Positions 49,497-58,472 of a stretch of DNA of 64,000 nucleotides are shown here, in pieces. The notes beneath the pieces were generated by a model. It was not told the origin of the DNA and searched no databases. It saw nothing but the letters and a program-made list of their open reading frames with translations. Every line of letters starts with the position of its first letter. Position 1 is the first letter of the stretch. Origin of the DNA: an uncultured Gammaproteobacteria bacterium. GTDB lineage: Bacteria; Patescibacteriota; Microgenomatia; Levybacterales; UBA12049. The stretch covers positions 206,793 to 270,792 of the forward strand of contig CAZDOJ010000001.1 in NCBI GenBank assembly GCA_964507055.1, written 5' to 3'. The position numbers were made by a program, and so were the translations under genes.

Positions 49497-50318
49497 TTGT
49501 ATTTACGAATGGAATATCAAAGAGGTCAAGTTTTACTTATCGTTGTATTGGTTATGGTCACTGCATTAACTGTCGGTTTATCCGTCGCCGCCCGCACAAT
49601 TACAAATATCCGAACTTCTCAAGAAGCTGAAAATTCTGAGAAAGCGTTTTCTGCTGCAGAAGCTGGTATCGAACAATCGTTAACAAACGGTGTGCCTGTA
49701 ACAGGGAGTTTCTCCAATAAATCTTCCTACCAGACAACAGTCAGTACTATTTCTGGAATTGAATTTCCGTTAAATAATGGTGTACCTGTTCTCAAAGATG
49801 ATTCCCTTGATCTTTGGTTATCAACCTACCCAGCTTATTCCAATCCATGGAGCGGGACACTGACATTGTATTGGGGAGAAACTTCAAATACTTGTACACC
49901 ATCAGAAGCTACCAATAGTATGGCTGCACTTGAAGTCATCGTTATGAACGGTACGAAAAATAATCCACAAACGACTCGATATGCATTGGATCCGTGCTCG
50001 CAGCGGAGTTTGAGTAATAAGTTCGAATTCATCTCACCGGGTGGCGGAACAATTGCTGGGAAGACGTATGCTTTTCGCCGGACATTAACAATTAGCTCTG
50101 GTATGTTCGTCCGTATTATTCCGTTGTATTCGCCGACAAATATTGCGGTACGAGGTTGTGACGCTGCCAATACAACATGTAACGCACTTCCTTCCCAAGG
50201 AACGGTCGTTGAAGCTGTCGGAACAGCTGATAACACTACGAGAAAACTTGTGAGTTTCCGAAGATATCCAAAACTGCCCACAGAACTTTTCCCATATAGT
50301 TTTTTTGCACCGCAATAA
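49497..50318 (+). CDS. PilX-like minor pilin / pilus assembly protein
   Basis: N-terminal QRGQVLLIVVLVMVTALTVGLSVAA resembles PilX N-termini; large C-terminal domain. Confidence 0.5.
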   Translation: MYLRMEYQRGQVLLIVVLVMVTALTVGLSVAARTITNIRTSQEAENSEKAFSAAEAGIEQSLTNGVPVTGSFSNKSSYQTTVSTISGIEFPLNNGVPVLKDDSLDLWLSTYPAYSNPWSGTLTLYWGETSNTCTPSEATNSMAALEVIVMNGTKNNPQTTRYALDPCSQRSLSNKFEFISPGGGTIAGKTYAFRRTLTISSGMFVRIIPLYSPTNIAVRGCDAANTTCNALPSQGTVVEAVGTADNTTRKLVSFRRYPKLPTELFPYSFFAPQ

Positions 50319-50319
50319 T

Positions 50320-51354
50320 ATGAAAAGTAATGCTTTTGGATTAGACATAGGAACAAACTCGATTAAGGTCGCGTGGCTCAATCGTGACAATGATGTCATT
50401 TCATATGCGACGTCACATGTTGTTCCTACTCCTGCACAGGGAATGCAATCAGAGTCTCCTTTTGACCATCAAGAAATGGCACAAGTAATTAATAAAATGG
50501 TTATTGATGCCAAGATCAGTACCAACAATGTCAACATTGCACTTCCAGAGAATCATGCATACACCAAAGTAGTTGAAATGCCAAATCTTTCTGACAAAGA
50601 ACTTTCGAGTGCGATTTATTGGGAAGCAGAACAATATATTCCCGTGCCATTGGATACGGTGACACTTGCCTGGAGTAAGTTGCGTCCTATCAAAAGTGCT
50701 ATCGGAGAAGATCGTATGCAAGTATTGTTGGTTGCTGCTCCGAAGGATCTGATTAAACGCTATCAAAATATTCTTGATCTAGCGGGATTATCGATCGTTT
50801 CAGTTGAAACAGAAATTCTTTCAGTGATTCGTGGAGTCATCCCACAAAGCAACAATCCAACGTCGATTATCGCCAATATCGGTGCGATGGGTACGACCTT
50901 GGGAATTGTGCAGAATGGTATCATTATTTTTAATTATTCCGTTCCACTTGGCGGCGTTGCATTAACTCGAGCAATTGCGTCAGATTTCGGTTTGCCTTTG
51001 GATCAGGCAGAAGAATACAAGAGAGTCTACGGACTTTCCGATAAGAACTTTGGAGGAAAGGTTGGTCAGGCGATCTCCCCAATCCTTACCGCATTACTCA
51101 GTGAAGTCAAAAAAGCGTTAACTTTTTATACGGATAAGTATAAAAACGAAACGCCAATCAATCAAATCCTTTTAACTGGAGGTGGAGCAACACTTCCAGG
51201 TCTTGCGATCTACTTCGCACAAAACATCGGACTTGAGGCTGTTATTGCCAACCCTTGGAGCATGCTCAATATCCAAGGGGTTCCTGCAGGAATTGAAGCA
51301 AAAGGTCCTGAATATGCTGTCGCGGTTGGACTCGCAATGAAAGAATATGAGTGA
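50320..51354 (+). CDS. pilM: type IV pilus assembly protein PilM (actin-like ATPase fold)
   Basis: FGLDIGTNSIKVAWL phosphate-1 motif; PilM-typical C-terminal LLTGGGATLPGL. Confidence 0.85.
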   Translation: MKSNAFGLDIGTNSIKVAWLNRDNDVISYATSHVVPTPAQGMQSESPFDHQEMAQVINKMVIDAKISTNNVNIALPENHAYTKVVEMPNLSDKELSSAIYWEAEQYIPVPLDTVTLAWSKLRPIKSAIGEDRMQVLLVAAPKDLIKRYQNILDLAGLSIVSVETEILSVIRGVIPQSNNPTSIIANIGAMGTTLGIVQNGIIIFNYSVPLGGVALTRAIASDFGLPLDQAEEYKRVYGLSDKNFGGKVGQAISPILTALLSEVKKALTFYTDKYKNETPINQILLTGGGATLPGLAIYFAQNIGLEAVIANPWSMLNIQGVPAGIEAKGPEYAVAVGLAMKEYE

Positions 51355-51886
51355 GGGAATTAATCTTCTAGATCCAAATAAAAAAAATGAAAACCTGCTT
51401 CCTGCAAAACGGATGCAATTCATGAACTATTTTGCGATTGGATTGCTATTTATCGTTTCGGTTTCGTCGGTGACGCTTTTCATTCTTATTTCATTGTCTC
51501 CATTGCCTGAGTTGAAGAGACAAGAGCAAGGACTTCGAAATACGCTTGCACAATCAAGTGAAGATATGGCCAAGTTGGCATTACTTGATGAGCGGACTGG
51601 TGCGATTGCAGATCTTTTGGAGCAGCGTACATCGTATGATAAAACGATTGAATTGCTTCAGAATAAGTTGCCAAGTAACGCAGCAATCAGTTCTATCCGC
51701 GTTGATCAAAAGACATTGGTTGTTACTGTCGAGAGTAATTCATTACAATCATTAGATACCTTTCTCAATGGCATGATCGGTTATGTTCAGGGGAAGGAAG
51801 CTTTTTCTCAAGTGACTATGACAAGTCTTTCAACCGATGCTGAAACCAATGGCTATTCATTGACCGTGAGTATGGTGATGTTATAA
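51347..51886 (+). CDS. pilN: PilN-like bitopic pilus assembly protein
   Basis: INLLP-type N-terminus (GINLLDP), single TM, periplasmic coiled-coil; overlaps pilM by 8 nt. Confidence 0.65.
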   Translation: MSEGINLLDPNKKNENLLPAKRMQFMNYFAIGLLFIVSVSSVTLFILISLSPLPELKRQEQGLRNTLAQSSEDMAKLALLDERTGAIADLLEQRTSYDKTIELLQNKLPSNAAISSIRVDQKTLVVTVESNSLQSLDTFLNGMIGYVQGKEAFSQVTMTSLSTDAETNGYSLTVSMVML

Positions 51887-51888
51887 CT

Positions 51889-52632
51889 ATGAGTAAAGAA
51901 ACATGGGTAGGCAAAAAAGGCCTACGATATTGGTATTACAAATATAGAGATTCAGAATATTTTTCTCTGGGCTTTACAGCTCTCACTGTGGTGGGATGTG
52001 TTATTTTGCTATTCTATATTATTATTCCTCAAGTTACGAGTTGGTTCTCTATCCGTGATGAAATAGTCGCAACGCGTGAACGTATTAATATCCTTCAGGA
52101 CAATATCAATTTCATGAACAATCTCGATAAGGGGCAGATGAATAGCCAGATGCAAACCGCAGCCGGTGCCCTTCCACCTGAAAAGGATTTTGGTGCCATG
52201 CTTGATGTGCTCTCAAATGCTGCCGTAACATCCGGTGTCTCTCTCAATGACTTTTCATTCCAAGTTGGTAATGTCGCCTCTTCGTCTGGGCTGGTTCTTG
52301 ATTCACGACATAAAAATATCGCGTCTGTAAAGATAACTGTCGTTGCACTTGGAACTGTGAGTGAAGTGAAGAAGTTTATTAATGTTGTCCAAAATAGTGT
52401 CCCAATTTCGGAGGTCGTAAATATTGATGGGAGTGGCCAGACAATTTCGGTAAGTATCCAGTTCTATCAAAAGAATCTCAAGGATATTAAGATTCAAGAG
52501 GATCAGCCTCTCAAACAACTGTCTGCTGAAAAATTTGCTCTGCTTCAGCAATTGAATACATGGAAGAAGAGTCAGCCCGGAGTAAATTTGGATGGTCCAG
52601 AAGCGAGTGGCCCAGCTTTGCCTTTGTTCTAG
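51889..52632 (+). CDS. pilO: PilO-like bitopic pilus assembly protein
   Basis: Single TM after a short N-terminus, coiled-coil, then ferredoxin-like C-terminal domain; position after pilN. Confidence 0.55.
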   Translation: MSKETWVGKKGLRYWYYKYRDSEYFSLGFTALTVVGCVILLFYIIIPQVTSWFSIRDEIVATRERINILQDNINFMNNLDKGQMNSQMQTAAGALPPEKDFGAMLDVLSNAAVTSGVSLNDFSFQVGNVASSSGLVLDSRHKNIASVKITVVALGTVSEVKKFINVVQNSVPISEVVNIDGSGQTISVSIQFYQKNLKDIKIQEDQPLKQLSAEKFALLQQLNTWKKSQPGVNLDGPEASGPALPLF

Positions 52633-52634
52633 AT

Positions 52635-53330
52635 TTATTTCTTTAAGAGGTCGGGGCGGAATTTCTTTGTTTTCTCCAATGCTTTTTCATATCTCCAGTC
52701 GTTGATCTTTTTATGATCTCCTTGCAAAAGAACTTCGGGTACATCTTGTCCATCGTAGGAACGAGGTTTGGTGTAGTGTGGATATTCGAGGAGGATTTGT
52801 CCTGCTTGAGAAAATGATTCATCTTCAGTAGCACCTTGGGTAATAACGCCATCAATAAGCCTGGTGATACTATCAGTTATGAGCATGGCAGGGATTTCTC
52901 CACCGGTCAGTACGAAATCTCCAATCGACACTTCTCCATCAACATATTTCATGATGCGGTCATCAAATCCTTCATAGTGTCCGCAGATGATGATGAGATG
53001 ATCAAGCTGAGAATATGCTTTGGCATGTGTTTGCTTATACGTCTCGCCTCCTGCTGCTGTCAAAAGGATTTTCCTCTTTACTTCACCATCTGATTTGAAG
53101 TTCGCCTTTGCCTTTTCAATTGCTTGATGAACGACATCAACTTTCAAAACCATCCCAACTCCCCCACCATATGGCGTGTCATCTACCATCTGGTGTGACC
53201 CGATCCCGAATTCACGGATGTCGATGAGTTCTATCTCTACGAGTCCTTTCTCCTGAGCCCGTTTCACAATAGATTCAGTAAATGGCCCAGTGAACATTTC
53301 AGGAAATAACGTAAGAATGCTTATTTTCAT
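52635..53330 (-). CDS. trmD: tRNA (guanine37-N1)-methyltransferase
   Basis: SPOUT knot motifs: ILTLFPEMF, DDTPYGGGVGMV, LICGHYEG.DDR. Confidence 0.9.
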   Translation of the reverse strand: MKISILTLFPEMFTGPFTESIVKRAQEKGLVEIELIDIREFGIGSHQMVDDTPYGGGVGMVLKVDVVHQAIEKAKANFKSDGEVKRKILLTAAGGETYKQTHAKAYSQLDHLIIICGHYEGFDDRIMKYVDGEVSIGDFVLTGGEIPAMLITDSITRLIDGVITQGATEDESFSQAGQILLEYPHYTKPRSYDGQDVPEVLLQGDHKKINDWRYEKALEKTKKFRPDLLKK

Positions 53331-53435
53331 AGGTGTATTGTATCAAATTTAAGAATATTGCTAAATAGCGTTCGGCTTATATAAATAGTCAAAAACAAAA
53401 AGTTTAGAGTATAATATGTTTAGAAATAAAACACT

Positions 53436-54800
53436 ATGATTATCAGGCCAAGACTAAATGATTACTACAACTTGCCATTAAGACAAGAGAATGTTGATTT
53501 TGCAATTCCATTTTTAGATGAAGACATACCTCTCTATTTAGATCCTTTTTTGCTATGGAAAAGTCCTTCTCAAATGGATAACGGTATTCACTCAATGATT
53601 ATGAACGCCTTTAATTACATAGGGCACTTGTATTTGAAAGATAGCGAAGAAGCTATTAAAATTCTGATAGATTTATCTGAATGCAATGAGGTCGGATTGG
53701 GTGATTCAAAAAGTAAAAATGGGAAAAAAATAGGAATAGATTTTGCAAGAAAAATATTATCTCCATTCGCAGACATACCTCAAGTTAACCTTCAGGGCTT
53801 TACTCATTTTGAGATACTTCAGATTTTAGTTGAAGGTTTCTCGAAAGATCGAGTTAGCGATATATCATGCAACTTAATTAAGTCTTTTTTAATTGACTAT
53901 ACAATACAAGAAGCACAAAAATATAAAATTCCTATGGAAATGACGGAAGTTAGCATTTTTGATGTTAAAAAATCTAAAATTGTAGTAGAGAGAAATAATC
54001 TTCCACTAAACCCTGACACTAAGCAGCCGATACTTTTTGTCCCTAAAAGATGGTTACGTTTTGTTCCCTGGATTAATTTTGAAAACTACTATAATGAATA
54101 TATTGCTGCCTCTCAAAAAATATTATCTGGGCAAGTGATACCTAGAGTTGAAATTTTAGAATTTAATAGAAGAAATTATGACCAAGTAGAAGCATATGTA
54201 AAAAGGAAACAACTTGAACAAAAAGATTGTAAAAATGATCCTCTATTTACACAGATACCAATTCTTTCTTCAAAAAGAAAAAAAAATACGATATTGAAAT
54301 TACCTACTGGGAAAGAAAATAATGCAGATAAACAATATGAAGATAATTTATCTCCACTTTTAGCTTCTATATTATATCCTGAATTAGATTTTGCAAAAAC
54401 TCAAAGCCGAACTGTTTCAGGTATCCTAATTCGAGATTTAATATTTTATAATAATATCTCTGATCCATTACTTAAAGAACTTCACGAGAACTATAATTCT
54501 AAGCAACTTGTTTTTGAATTAAAAAATGTTAAAGAATTAAATTCTGATCATATTGATCAATTAAATCGTTATCTAAATAATGAATTTGGTCAGTTTGGAA
54601 TTATATTTACAAGAAATTCCCCGCCCAAAAGTGTTTTTAAGAATACAATCGATTTGTGGGCAGGGCAGAGAAAATGTATATTAATTCTTGATGATAAGGA
54701 TCTTGAATTAATGTGCAGAGTCTACGATAATAAACAAAGAAAACCATTAGACGTAATTAATATGAAGTATAGAGAGTTTATAAGAGCATGCCCATCGTAG
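53436..54800 (+). CDS. hypothetical protein with C-terminal PD-(D/E)xK-like nuclease motif
   Basis: 454-aa AT-rich ORF. C-terminal YPELDF ... ILIRDLIFYNN ... QLVFELKNVKEL fits E / hhhhD / hhE-h-K spacing of restriction-endonuclease-fold enzymes. N-terminal ~300 aa unassigned. Confidence 0.5.
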   Translation: MIIRPRLNDYYNLPLRQENVDFAIPFLDEDIPLYLDPFLLWKSPSQMDNGIHSMIMNAFNYIGHLYLKDSEEAIKILIDLSECNEVGLGDSKSKNGKKIGIDFARKILSPFADIPQVNLQGFTHFEILQILVEGFSKDRVSDISCNLIKSFLIDYTIQEAQKYKIPMEMTEVSIFDVKKSKIVVERNNLPLNPDTKQPILFVPKRWLRFVPWINFENYYNEYIAASQKILSGQVIPRVEILEFNRRNYDQVEAYVKRKQLEQKDCKNDPLFTQIPILSSKRKKNTILKLPTGKENNADKQYEDNLSPLLASILYPELDFAKTQSRTVSGILIRDLIFYNNISDPLLKELHENYNSKQLVFELKNVKELNSDHIDQLNRYLNNEFGQFGIIFTRNSPPKSVFKNTIDLWAGQRKCILILDDKDLELMCRVYDNKQRKPLDVINMKYREFIRACPS

Positions 54801-54801
54801 T

Positions 54802-55179
54802 ATGAATAAACAAGAAGTTGATATTTTTTTGAAATTAAAACCGCAATTAAAAAGTGCTTATGAAGAGTTAAGTCTTCTATCTAAAAAAGCACCTACTGAG
54901 GAAATTAATAAATTTAAGCTTAAATTTATTAATAGTATAATTTTAAGAGCAAATAAGATTCTGGATAAACCATATATGCCGTTCCCAGAGGAATTTGAAT
55001 TATTTGACGAAAATGAAATGCCTAATAATAGTGATGTAGTATTTATTCTTTCTCATTATTTAACATCTTTAGAGAAATTGAGATGTGATAATATTAGTAC
55101 GGAAAATGACTATACATGGTATTGGATTATAAATGGAAGTTTAACTGATCAAGTAACAGATCCACCTACAATTAAATAG
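54802..55179 (+). CDS. small hypothetical protein (125 aa), paralog of the next gene
   Basis: Shares PNNSDVVFILSHYLTSLEKLR / PTYSDVVLIISQYETAMEEFKK and N-terminal patterning with 55187-55591; start 2 nt after the upstream stop. Confidence 0.45.
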   Translation: MNKQEVDIFLKLKPQLKSAYEELSLLSKKAPTEEINKFKLKFINSIILRANKILDKPYMPFPEEFELFDENEMPNNSDVVFILSHYLTSLEKLRCDNISTENDYTWYWIINGSLTDQVTDPPTIK

Positions 55180-55186
55180 TACGATA

Positions 55187-55591
55187 ATGGATAAGAGTCA
55201 AAAAAAATTTCACTTAAAAGCAAATATTGATAGTTATCTATTACTAAGAGACATGCTATTAGTCCAAAAAAGAGAATTTGGTAATTTTTCAAGTAAAAAA
55301 GCTGATGGACAACTTAATTTAACAAAAGTTAATATTGTGAATAGAGTACTTGAACCCCTTAAGGAAATTTTAAAAGAAGAACCTTCTTACAAATTTTTAG
55401 ATATACTTAATTCGGATGAGTTGCCTACTTATAGTGACGTTGTATTAATTATAAGTCAATATGAAACAGCCATGGAAGAATTTAAAAAACATAATTACTT
55501 AAAAGATGAATATAAATCCACACATTATAGTGATGTGTATAGATGGATGACTTTAGAAAATCCGCCAGATTTTTATAAAAACCGTCGTTAA
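55187..55591 (+). CDS. small hypothetical protein (134 aa), paralog of the previous gene
   Basis: See previous entry; ends 2 nt before the convergent KH gene. Confidence 0.45.
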   Translation: MDKSQKKFHLKANIDSYLLLRDMLLVQKREFGNFSSKKADGQLNLTKVNIVNRVLEPLKEILKEEPSYKFLDILNSDELPTYSDVVLIISQYETAMEEFKKHNYLKDEYKSTHYSDVYRWMTLENPPDFYKNRR

Positions 55592-55592
55592 C

Positions 55593-55835
55593 TTATTCCT
55601 TATCCAATTCAGCGAGGGAGATTTTTATTCTTAGGTTGTATTTCATTGCTTTGATCTTCATGATGTTTCGGATACTTCGGATGACTTTACCTTCTTTTCC
55701 GATAACCTTACCCATATCATCTTTATCAACAGTGATAGTGAAGATATTCATACCATCCTCTTCATGCTCGTCGATTTGCACGGCATCAGGTTGGTCTACA
55801 ATAGCTGAAACAATAAAGTGGAGTGTGTCTTTCAT
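55593..55835 (-). CDS. KH-domain RNA-binding protein (YlqC/UPF0109-like)
   Basis: KH GxxG loop (VIGKEGKVIRSIR); conserved position after rpsP. Confidence 0.75.
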   Translation of the reverse strand: MKDTLHFIVSAIVDQPDAVQIDEHEEDGMNIFTITVDKDDMGKVIGKEGKVIRSIRNIMKIKAMKYNLRIKISLAELDKE

Positions 55836-55858
55836 TCTTTAGTTTAAAACCGATAAAA

Positions 55859-56086
55859 TTATTTAGTTAACGCTTGAACAGTTGCTGAAGGTTGTGCACC
55901 TTGACCCAACCAATAATTGTATCGTTCCATGTTAACCTGTTTTTTACTATGATCTGTTGATTTTTCGTACCAACCAAGCATATCGATGAATCCGCCATCT
56001 CGCTTGCTGCGTTTTTCTTTCACAACAATGCGGAATTTGCGTTCGCCCTTTTTGCCTGTTCTTGTTAATCGAATTACTAATGCCAT
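55859..56086 (-). CDS. rpsP: 30S ribosomal protein S16
   Basis: MALVIRLTRTGKKGERKFRIVV... canonical bS16 N-terminus; 75 aa. Confidence 0.9.
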   Translation of the reverse strand: MALVIRLTRTGKKGERKFRIVVKEKRSKRDGGFIDMLGWYEKSTDHSKKQVNMERYNYWLGQGAQPSATVQALTK

Positions 56087-56102
56087 AGTGAGTATTGTAC
56101 CA

Positions 56103-56765
56103 TTATTTACCTATCTTCTCAAGAGCCTGTTCTGCTGCGTGTTCTTCAGCTTCCTGTTTGGATTTTCCACGGCCTTCGCCCTTCAAATCATCGCCTACAT
56201 AGACACCAATGGTGAATTGCTTGGCATGTGCTGGACCTTCTTCATGAAGTACTTTGTAAACGGGAGAGTTTTGCTTCTTTGATTGGACATATTCCTGCAA
56301 CAAACTCTTTGGATCTTTAAAGACTTTCTTTTCGACAAAGATAGCGATGTGCGGGATGATCACGACATGTAAGAACTTTTTCACTTCATCAATACCCTGA
56401 TCCATGAAGAGAGCTCCTATGACGGCCTCAAAAGTATTTGCGAGGATTGATTCGTTTTCGCGTCCTCGTGAATCTTCCTCGCCTTTTGAAAGCATCAGAT
56501 GATCTCCGAAATGGAGTTCTCGAGCTGTTTTGGCAAGACTTTTAGTATTCACGACTAAGGATCGAAGATTGGTGAGAATTCCTTCATCGAATTCAGGATA
56601 GGTTTTATATAAGTGCTCCGAAACGACGAATGACAAGATACTGTCGCCAAGAAATTCCAATCGTTCATTGGATTCGACTGGTTCTTTGGATTCATTCAAA
56701 TATGATCGATGAATGAAGGCCTGTTGATATAATTTTTCGTTTTTAAATGTTGGTAAGTTATTCAT
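56103..56765 (-). CDS. rnc: ribonuclease III
   Basis: RNase III signature ERLEFLGDSIL, C-terminal dsRBD (GPAHAKQFTIGV...GEGRGKSKQEAEEHAAEQAL). Confidence 0.9.
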   Translation of the reverse strand: MNNLPTFKNEKLYQQAFIHRSYLNESKEPVESNERLEFLGDSILSFVVSEHLYKTYPEFDEGILTNLRSLVVNTKSLAKTARELHFGDHLMLSKGEEDSRGRENESILANTFEAVIGALFMDQGIDEVKKFLHVVIIPHIAIFVEKKVFKDPKSLLQEYVQSKKQNSPVYKVLHEEGPAHAKQFTIGVYVGDDLKGEGRGKSKQEAEEHAAEQALEKIGK

Positions 56766-56768
56766 AAT

Positions 56769-57182
56769 TTATTTTTTTCCTTTAATAATATTTCCCAAGA
56801 CCCCATTGATAAATGATGGACTGGTCTCATTGGCAAACTCTTTTGCTAATTCCACTGCCTCATCTATTATGACATTTTGTGGTGCCTTTTTGTCTATAAG
56901 TAATTCATAAATCGCGAGCCGTAAGATTGCTAAATCAACTTTATTGATCTTTTTAACAGGGAAATCTGGTGCCGCTTCCTGAACTTTAGCATCAAGAAAT
57001 TCGATATTCTTAATGATTTCGCGGCTTTCTGGACTGACGTCTTGCGTAAGGAATTGCGTACTGAAAAGTTCTTGGACAAGATGTTGTCTACGTTTGTGTC
57101 TAGGATCGTGTGAAGTCTTCATTTGGTACGAATGCCTGTGCTCTGATTCGTACTCATTAGTATGGAGATTGCCTTGCGACAA
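56769..57182 (-). CDS. nusB: transcription antitermination factor NusB
   Basis: DLAILRLAIYEL, INGVLG motifs. N-terminal ~20 aa (His-rich) may be spurious; an internal Met at ~57122 is possible. Confidence 0.75.
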   Translation of the reverse strand: MSQGNLHTNEYESEHRHSYQMKTSHDPRHKRRQHLVQELFSTQFLTQDVSPESREIIKNIEFLDAKVQEAAPDFPVKKINKVDLAILRLAIYELLIDKKAPQNVIIDEAVELAKEFANETSPSFINGVLGNIIKGKK

Positions 57183-57199
57183 TGCTTACATGCGAATTA

Positions 57200-57406
57200 T
57201 TACGAATTTGCTGCTGCAGTTTTTGGTTGCTTAACCTTGATTACTTGCTGTCCTTTGTAGAAACCGCATACTTCACAAACAGTGTGTGAAATCTGTGGTG
57301 CACTACAGTTTGGGCAAACAATTGATTTATTGACTGCCAGATGGATAGCATTTCGTCTTTTTCCTTGACGTGCTCGTGAATGTCTTTTCTTTGGTTCGTG
57401 TGCCAT
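57200..57406 (-). CDS. rpmF: 50S ribosomal protein L32
   Basis: MAHEPKKRHSRARQGKRR... with CPNC...CEVCG zinc-ribbon; 68 aa. Confidence 0.8.
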   Translation of the reverse strand: MAHEPKKRHSRARQGKRRNAIHLAVNKSIVCPNCSAPQISHTVCEVCGFYKGQQVIKVKQPKTAAANS

Positions 57407-57482
57407 GGATGTATTTTACCTCATTTAGGCTTAGCTTGCAAGAACCCATTGTCTTTTTGATAAAAACAATTAGTATAGTGCT

Positions 57483-57848
57483 ATGCAATCATATATTTTC
57501 ATCGCTGGAGGGATTGGGATTACGCCTTTTCGAAGTATAATTCATGATTTATTGGATAAAAAGAAGAAAGTTCCGATTACATTGTTTTATCAAGTAAATA
57601 ATAAAGATGAGATCTTGTTTTATGAAGTTTTTGAACAAGCGGAAAAAGAATTGGGTTTACAAATCATTTCTATTATTGGAGAAAAACTTTCAAAAGAGCA
57701 CATTATAAAAAATGCCCCAAACTTTAAAGAAAAGATCTTTTATATCTCAGGTCCACAAGGAATGGTTGAAGACTATCGAACAATGATCGAAAGCATGGGT
57801 GTACCATTTGAGCAAATCAAAACTGATCTGTTCACAGGGTACGCGTAA
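57483..57848 (+). CDS. stand-alone FNR-like NAD(P)-binding domain protein (likely remnant of a two-domain oxidoreductase)
   Basis: IFIAGGIGITPF (FNR-type NAD-binding GGxGxxP) and C-terminal FYISGPQGM. Only 121 aa, with no FAD/FMN-binding domain upstream; rpmF on the opposite strand leaves no room for one. Confidence 0.45.
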   Translation: MQSYIFIAGGIGITPFRSIIHDLLDKKKKVPITLFYQVNNKDEILFYEVFEQAEKELGLQIISIIGEKLSKEHIIKNAPNFKEKIFYISGPQGMVEDYRTMIESMGVPFEQIKTDLFTGYA

Positions 57849-57850
57849 GG

Positions 57851-58138
57851 TTGACAGCATTGAGAAAAAAGCGTTACACTAATGTTGTTATGGATGCTCC
57901 TCAACAAAATCCTTATATCGTTCCTCCGCCTGTACCGGAAAAAGGCCGCACCACTCGCAAACCAATCACGAATACTTTAATAATCGCCGCTGTTATTTTA
58001 GTTGGTGGATTTATGACCTTCAATTTTGTGGGCACAAGCTTGACGCAACTTGCAGGGGAATCAGTTTCAGTTTCACCTACAGAAGTTCCAACACCTACCC
58101 TTTCGCCGACACCTACTGACGTGTACTTCGACCGTTAG
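57851..58138 (+). CDS. hypothetical small membrane-anchored protein, Pro/Thr-rich tail
   Basis: 95 aa; one TM (LIIAAVILVGGFMTF) followed by a PT-rich segment. Confidence 0.35.
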   Translation: MTALRKKRYTNVVMDAPQQNPYIVPPPVPEKGRTTRKPITNTLIIAAVILVGGFMTFNFVGTSLTQLAGESVSVSPTEVPTPTLSPTPTDVYFDR

Positions 58139-58472
58139 TCATTTACCCCTGAGCTATTTTTTTACTTCTTTATCTCCTGCCTGGGATTTTGTCCGAGTTT
58201 GTCTTCCACCTTTTGAGCCAACCATTTTTGTCGTTTCAATTGGTTTGGTACTGTAAAAATGATAAATGGTTAAAAAAGAATTCAAATACTTGTAATGTTG
58301 TCTGTGTATCACTGCAAAATTCACCTCCTTCCCGAATAAATAGCGCCTATTCTATTTATCCTATGACTTGAGCTGATGACACTTTATCGTATTAGCTTCA
58401 ATTGAGCTTGACATGGAGACAGCCAGTTATCTGACAGGAACCGAACAAAAATTGGCTTCGGAACAAGGTTGA

